Source: Zygnema circumcarinatum SAG 698-1b (lineage: Eukaryota; Plantae; Zygnematophyceae). Taken from it: a stretch of DNA of 64,000 bases. This document shows, in pieces, positions 58,243-64,000 of the stretch. The stretch covers positions 1,178,001-1,242,000 of the forward strand of contig CM074811.1 in assembly GCA_037447605.1 (NCBI GenBank), given 5' to 3'. Position numbers and translations under genes: made by a program. Numbering within the stretch: the first letter of the stretch is position 1; each line of letters starts with the position of its first letter. The notes below the pieces were generated by a model. That model was not told the origin of the DNA. It did no database searches and was given only the letters and a program-made list of their open reading frames with translations.

Positions 58243-61200
58243 TCAGAGGGACAGCGCCTGGGGGGGCTTCCAGCCGCTCATGGGGCGGCCCAGCTGCCCA
58301 CACGCCGCCATCTCGTCGTCGCCGCGGCTCTGCCTTACAAACACGAGCCTCCCCCCGGCAATGAGCGCTTCTTTGAACTTGACGAGCTGCTCCGGCGAGG
58401 ATGGCTGAAAGGGCGTGCCCTCATGGGCATTGAAAACGATGAGGTTGATCTTGCATGGAAGGCCTTCTGTTAGCCCCAGCAAGCGCTGCGCGTCTTCCAA
58501 ACTGAGTGCCCAGAGAGGATTCCAACCCGGTAAGAAGGTTAGTTGACATGGAAAGAGATGGGGAGCAAATGACCACAGTTGAAAGGCTGGAATGGAGGTA
58601 TTGGTAGAGCTGTAGAAGTTTGAGCAGTCAAGACAAAGTTCATCGCAGTACAAGTTGACCTTTTCATAATGTGAGATCTCCACCTCTTCGTAACATGGTT
58701 GCCATTCAGGGCCTACCTGTCATTGATTCCTGCAAGCATTATATACTCGAGGAGCACGTGGTCCTGCTGCTTTGTCCTCGGGAACTCCTCCCGCAGCGCA
58801 CCAAGCAGAGTAGCTATGTCATAGCGCTTATTGATGGGCATGATAGCACTCCTCACCTGCGTTTAGGGCAAAACCTAGCTACGTTTACTGAGAACTCATA
58901 AAGAAAAATCTGGCTGACTAGCTCTAACCGAAATTAGTATCGCACATGAACAACCCTCATGTACACAACTGCAGTAAAAATCCACCTTCACAACTCTCTC
59001 CTCCAACGCTAATCAGGGTGAGGTATCCAACTCCTCCCCAGAAAGACTCCCCTCTTTAACAATCACCGTTGATCCATCGAAAACTAGTTTGAATTCCAGT
59101 AGTTACCTCCCTTCCAAACTCAGCCATCCATTAGCCAACCCCCCCCCCCATGGACTGCTGCTGCTCACCTCATCAGTAGTAGCGTTCAGACTGACCGCCA
59201 AGCTGGCAGAAGACTCTCTGCAAAAGGTGCGAATTTCGGGAACAAGACCACTGGTAGACACAGTGATGCGAGGGGGTGAACAGGCCAACCCTGCCGGATC
59301 TCCGATAATTTCGAGGGCTTTCAGCACCACCTCCAAGTTGTGAAGGGGCTCTCCCATGCCCTGATCCATAGAAGGATGCCTTTGTTCAATTAAGGGGATG
59401 AAGACTCCACAGCAATAGGTTGAGGGGAGTAAAGCACCATATGAACATCGAGCGAGCAATGATTCAATTGGCACACACCTTACGCCACTCAAGGGTTTCT
59501 ACTCTATGCTCGGGGCCCTATGACTATGGGAAGTTGTCTGCTGCATACCATGAAGACAATGTTCTTTATAGGTCCGACTTCAGCCGTAAAGAGGCGGCGA
59601 ACCTGGACAATCTGATCCACTATCTGCCCAACACTTAAGTTTTTCTGAAGACCCATCCTGCAATGTCCGAAGCAATCCCCAGAACAACAAAATACTTGCA
59701 ACACATTAATCCACTTCCTTTCTAGCTTTCACATACAATGGAAAACACACGCGGAAGCTAGATTGCCGCCAATGAAGAGTTCGAGTGATAAAGACCATAC
59801 TTGGCAGTGAAGCAGAAGCTGCAGCCCATCGCGCATCCAAGCTGGCTTGAAACGCAAACTGTGTGCCTTCCAGTTCCGTTTGGAATCAGAACGGTCTCCA
59901 CTACCCCTCCACCCGCTGAGTCTTCCTTAAGTCTGAAAGCCAACTGCACAGCCAGTCAGAAGGAGTGAACTCCTCGAACACATGCTGCATCTTGGAAAGC
60001 TGGCAAGGACAAACTTCCTAATGACACATAAAATAATCGCCGCTTTAAATTTGTACAAAAGAATGGCTATTGCTCTGTTAAACATAGGGCTTAAAATAGT
60101 ACAATATGATTTCTGCTTCGTCTAAACTCACAAAAATAGTCCATTTCGACAGGATGAATATGATTATGCTTAAGCAGCGGAAGAGAAATCAAAAGAAAGA
60201 ATGTGAGATTTAGCCGAGTGACCTTGCGTGTGCCATCTCGACCCGTCTTCACTTCCTCCAACACGAGTGAGTCAAAGTGTGCGTGTTGATCTAAAAGGTT
60301 CCGAAACTTTACACTAACGCCTGAATCACTCAACCCACAAATCCAACTCCTTAAGAGGGGTGAAGGACAGTCTGGCAGACTCAGAAGAGTAAGACCAAGA
60401 CCTTGACCTCTGCTTTCCCAATATCTTGTTTTGACAGATCAAGGGTTTCAAATTAGGAGTTTGCTGGAAAACAAATGCCAAATCCAGCTTTGCATGTACT
60501 AAAGGCCTCACTAGTCTTGCAAATCGTCAACAACAGTCAGGCCAAAAGCAATACAGACAACATTTGCTAAATCTGCACCTTCCATTTCCGAGGGATGCTT
60601 GGCCCAATAACCATCCCGGTAGAGCCATGCCCACAGCTGCCGCGCCCTCTTCCTCTCGTTTCCCAACTCCTCCACATAGTCCTGAATGCAACCGAAAATT
60701 TCCAGCAGATTAGCAGCCTGTCGCACATAAGAATGGATTTGATTATTTCAGTTACAGTCACCATCACATTGTTCTGTATTCATGACCAGTTCACAGCGAT
60801 AACTCCCGCCTTTTATCAACGAATTCCTAAAACATGAGATAATCCACGACCACTGAGTTCATCGACGACGTGACAACCGTTGCAAGCATAAGCAGAAGGG
60901 CTTGTACATTACCTCCAATTCTGAAAATTTCATATCTTTTAAATGACGCTGAGGTGACGATTTCATCAAGTACTTCCCTCCAGAAGCTGAACACACGGAA
61001 AAATCACCCAGACCTCTAATGAGAAAATTGACAATTGATCCCAACTACATAGTCACCACGGCCCTAATTTGCGGTTTTCACCATGAGCCTTCAATTCTGC
61101 ATTGAAGGAAAGCCAATTCAAATTAATGCTGAAAATGAACCTGAAACTCCAAAACCCGTCTAATATATTAAATAGTTTTGTGTTCTCCTCGCAATCTTAG

Positions 61201-61645
61201 GACAAATTCTGATAAGCGCTGCCACTTTCATACAGCAAGGCTGCAAACTGCAGGCGCTCCCGAGTGACAGAACATGTTCGGAATACGAATTTCCAAACCC
61301 CTCTCTTCGCTTACTTGTTCCCTTCTCATGCTCGAGAACCCCCACGCCATGGCTGTCGGCTCGCAACCTCACGCCCTCCTCTTCCAGCGATGCCAGTACA
61401 CACATATCTCTCTTCCTGGCTTCCCTTTTATATCTATCACTGCGCCAGCAAACCCCGTCGATTCCACCTCCTAACCCTAACCCTAATTCTCGAGCCTTCC
61501 AGCATTCATCTAAACGCACAGTCGCCGAAGTGCAGAAAGAACACCTCCCAGTCCTCGCTCCCTTTTCCATAGCTTCCGCCTGCCTGCTCCTCCACCCTGT
61601 GCCATCCAGCAGACGCCATCGCGATGAGCAAACCGCCATGGCCAT
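58243..61645 (-). CDS. rlmN: RlmN-like radical-SAM RNA methyltransferase (plant organellar type; start uncertain)
   Basis: [18 protein letters not shown] (CxxxCxxC), [50 protein letters not shown] and [13 protein letters not shown], spread over about 9 GT-AG exons. Confidence 0.93.
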
Positions 61646-62725
61646 GGCCGTCGAAGAAGCTTTCCAAAGGTTCCTTTTCTTCCTTTTTTAATAGGTCATC
61701 TCTCACATTGGCTCTTAATATTGCCCTATTCCATGTGCATTTGAGGGCATCGCCACCGTGAGTTCAATGCCTCCCTTTATCTTTAAAAGGTGAGTGAAGT
61801 AGGGCCTTTCCAAACGCGCACTTCTCACAGTTTTTCGTTTTGGAGACGCACAGGACGCATAGGTACGCTGTCAGAGGACAACAAAACTGGACTTTTGGAC
61901 GCCTTTGGACGCCCAGTATGCTTTTGAAATCGAGGCTCATTTTGCTTTTCGAGAGGTGTCGGCAATTGGCAGATGCTCAGCAAAACCTAAAAACTTTCTG
62001 ACGTTTTGCTTACGTCAGAGGACAACAGGCGCAGTTTGCAGTTTGAAGCTTGTGACCATATTCGCACCCAAAAACAGGGTACGACTTTTATTATGCATTT
62101 TTTTTGCACTATAGTCTTCCACTGGCTGAAGGAGCAGAGGGTCTGTTCACATCTTAGCCTTTCAACACCATTTCAAAATGGAGGAGAGAGCAGTTTCACT
62201 TAGCAGCCTTCTGTCTGTGCCAAATGAACCAAAGGCCTATATACATTCAAGCATTTGACAAAGGACTCAGTCATCACATACGAGAGCAAATAGTAAGTAC
62301 CCTCCAAAAGCTTAACATCACAAAAAAGAGAATATTGAAGGTCACGAGCTGAATACATGTCCTGCAATGTTACGAGGTTGGAGCAAGGCCCCCTCTCAAG
62401 ACTCAGGGCAGAAATGTCAGAGAGAAGGGGGGGTCACTCGAGCTACCAACAAAGGGGCATCCCCCTCTCCTGTCTTTCTTTTTGGCTGGAGCCAGTCCGA
62501 AAGTGGGGTCACAAATCACCGACTCCAAGAAGCCTTAAGAGTTTCTGCCCCTCAAAAGAAGTAGTTCCCCCCCCTGCTGCTATTGAAATGTCATCACCTT
62601 TTTCATGCGGACTATAAACACTCGCAAGACTACTTCAATTACACCTCTCTGAGTGGAAGGGGGCAGACCTCCTTGAATGAGGAGTCACAAAGACTCCTCC
62701 TATACCCGCCTATTCTCAATACTCT

Positions 62726-63839
62726 TTATGCGTCCTTGAGCTTCTTGATCTCCGCCTCCATGCGGAGAACACTCATATGAACTTTGAGGAAGCGGAAGAG
62801 AACCCTGAAGCAGCAAAAAGAAAATTTGTCAGTTACACCTGAACATGATGTCGTGCTCCCTTCCTAGTTGTCCAAAATAAAGGGCTCAGCTTTTGGGGAA
62901 AAAACCAAGATGTTATCAAGCGAAGGAAGGAATACAGACGAGTGCTCGTAAGCTTTGTGAAGTAAAATGCATGGCAGCGATAATGTGTGCGAGACCTCAC
63001 CAGTACAGAAATAGAGCCGCTAAAGCGAGCAAAAAGTTTCTCTGGTTTTTGACAGCCTGCAGCCCCAAAAGGAAGCACCGCAACATTCGCTGATGGCCAA
63101 TGGTTAGAAGGTGAATACTTGCAGAGTTGACATAAGCATGGTGGCTTCTGGGGTGGCACTTTAATGGAAAATATTAATGTGAGTAGATGCTGCCTGTAAC
63201 CATCTCATTTGCTGACATTCCCGGCTGCTCCATTCAGTGGTTTTCACGTGGCATTACTCACCGACTTTTCATGGCGGTCTCGATCGGCAGACGTGCAGAG
63301 ACCACCTTGCCCTCCACAGACCGGCCGGTGCTCATACTTCCAATATACATCTGCAAATACCGCGATTGTAGTGGATTACGCAGAGAGGAGATATGCTGCA
63401 TAATATTACTAAGTTGCAGAATAGGAACATGAGTAACGAAAGACCAACATTCAGAACTGACCTTTCTACAGCTCTGCTCAACTTCTTCCAAGGACTTATC
63501 GAGACGTGTACTGCACTAATGATGCGGCAACCAAGAAAAAGAATTGGCCCCATAAACGTGTCGTTAGCCAGCCTCATTCGTGATTCAAGCCGAATAGCTA
63601 TTCCTCGGTACAAAGGAGCAAACAGCTAAACTAATACAAAGCCATAAATAACGGGAAAGTGACATACCAAGGAGTTGAAAGATAGCGAAGGGCACGATGG
63701 CTGCTAGTGGATGCATGAGTTTGGATAAAAGCGGAATTGTTTTCGCACGAATTGCATGGTAGCTAGGGATGGAAAGAACTAGAAGCAAAACAGCCTCAGC
63801 TGCTGCTAAAGCTCCACAGACCACCCATTGTAGAGACAT
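62726..63839 (-). CDS. BAP31/YET-like ER membrane protein (plant short type, 4 exons)
   Basis: MSLQWVVCGALAAAEAVLLLVLSIP...IVPFAIFQLL / DVYWKYEHRPVC...DRDRHEKS / AVKNQRNFLLALAALFLYW / VLFRFLKV...IKKLKDA*, all joined by GT-AG. Confidence 0.88.
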
Positions 63840-64000
63840 TGTCCTCCTTTAGCTTTAGTCGAGATTCCGGTAAACGAGAACTCTAATAAGCAGGGTATAT
63901 TCAACACGAACTGTCGGAGGAGAAAAACCAATGGCCAAAAAGGGAAAAGATTCTAGAGATAATATGAAACAGACTTTGCAGATTTTGCCAGTTTTCCTCG

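Overview
Eukaryotic, intron-rich nuclear DNA with GT-AG introns and GA/CT microsatellites. It is most likely from a streptophyte alga or early-diverging plant: GCN5, HEMB, RlmN, VAMP72 and RBM42 are plant-type, and a CEP164-like centriolar gene is present. I can support 11 protein-coding genes, about one per 6 kb: CEP164-like (+), RBM42-like (-), VAMP7/72-like (+), an uncharacterised coiled-coil protein (-), an LRR receptor-like protein (+), an intronless fungal-type enoyl-reductase-like oxidoreductase (-), a GT61-like glycosyltransferase (+), GCN5 (+), ALAD/HEMB (-), RlmN-like (-) and BAP31/YET-like (-). The 5' intergenic regions hold two groups of non-autonomous DNA transposons. One is long-TIR fold-back elements with 8-9 bp TSDs, including a nested 699-bp near-perfect palindrome. 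The other is short-TIR elements that all sit in the same AAT|AATGG context. The most notable signal is a fixed-spacing composite element, CCAAT-N9-CCACG (identical to ERSE-I). I found it 12 times, all in promoter or transposon DNA; about 0.12 copies are expected by chance. It often occurs as an inverted pair, both inside the transposons and in a host promoter. Exon boundaries were read by eye and some are approximate. Family assignments come from recognised motifs, not database searches.
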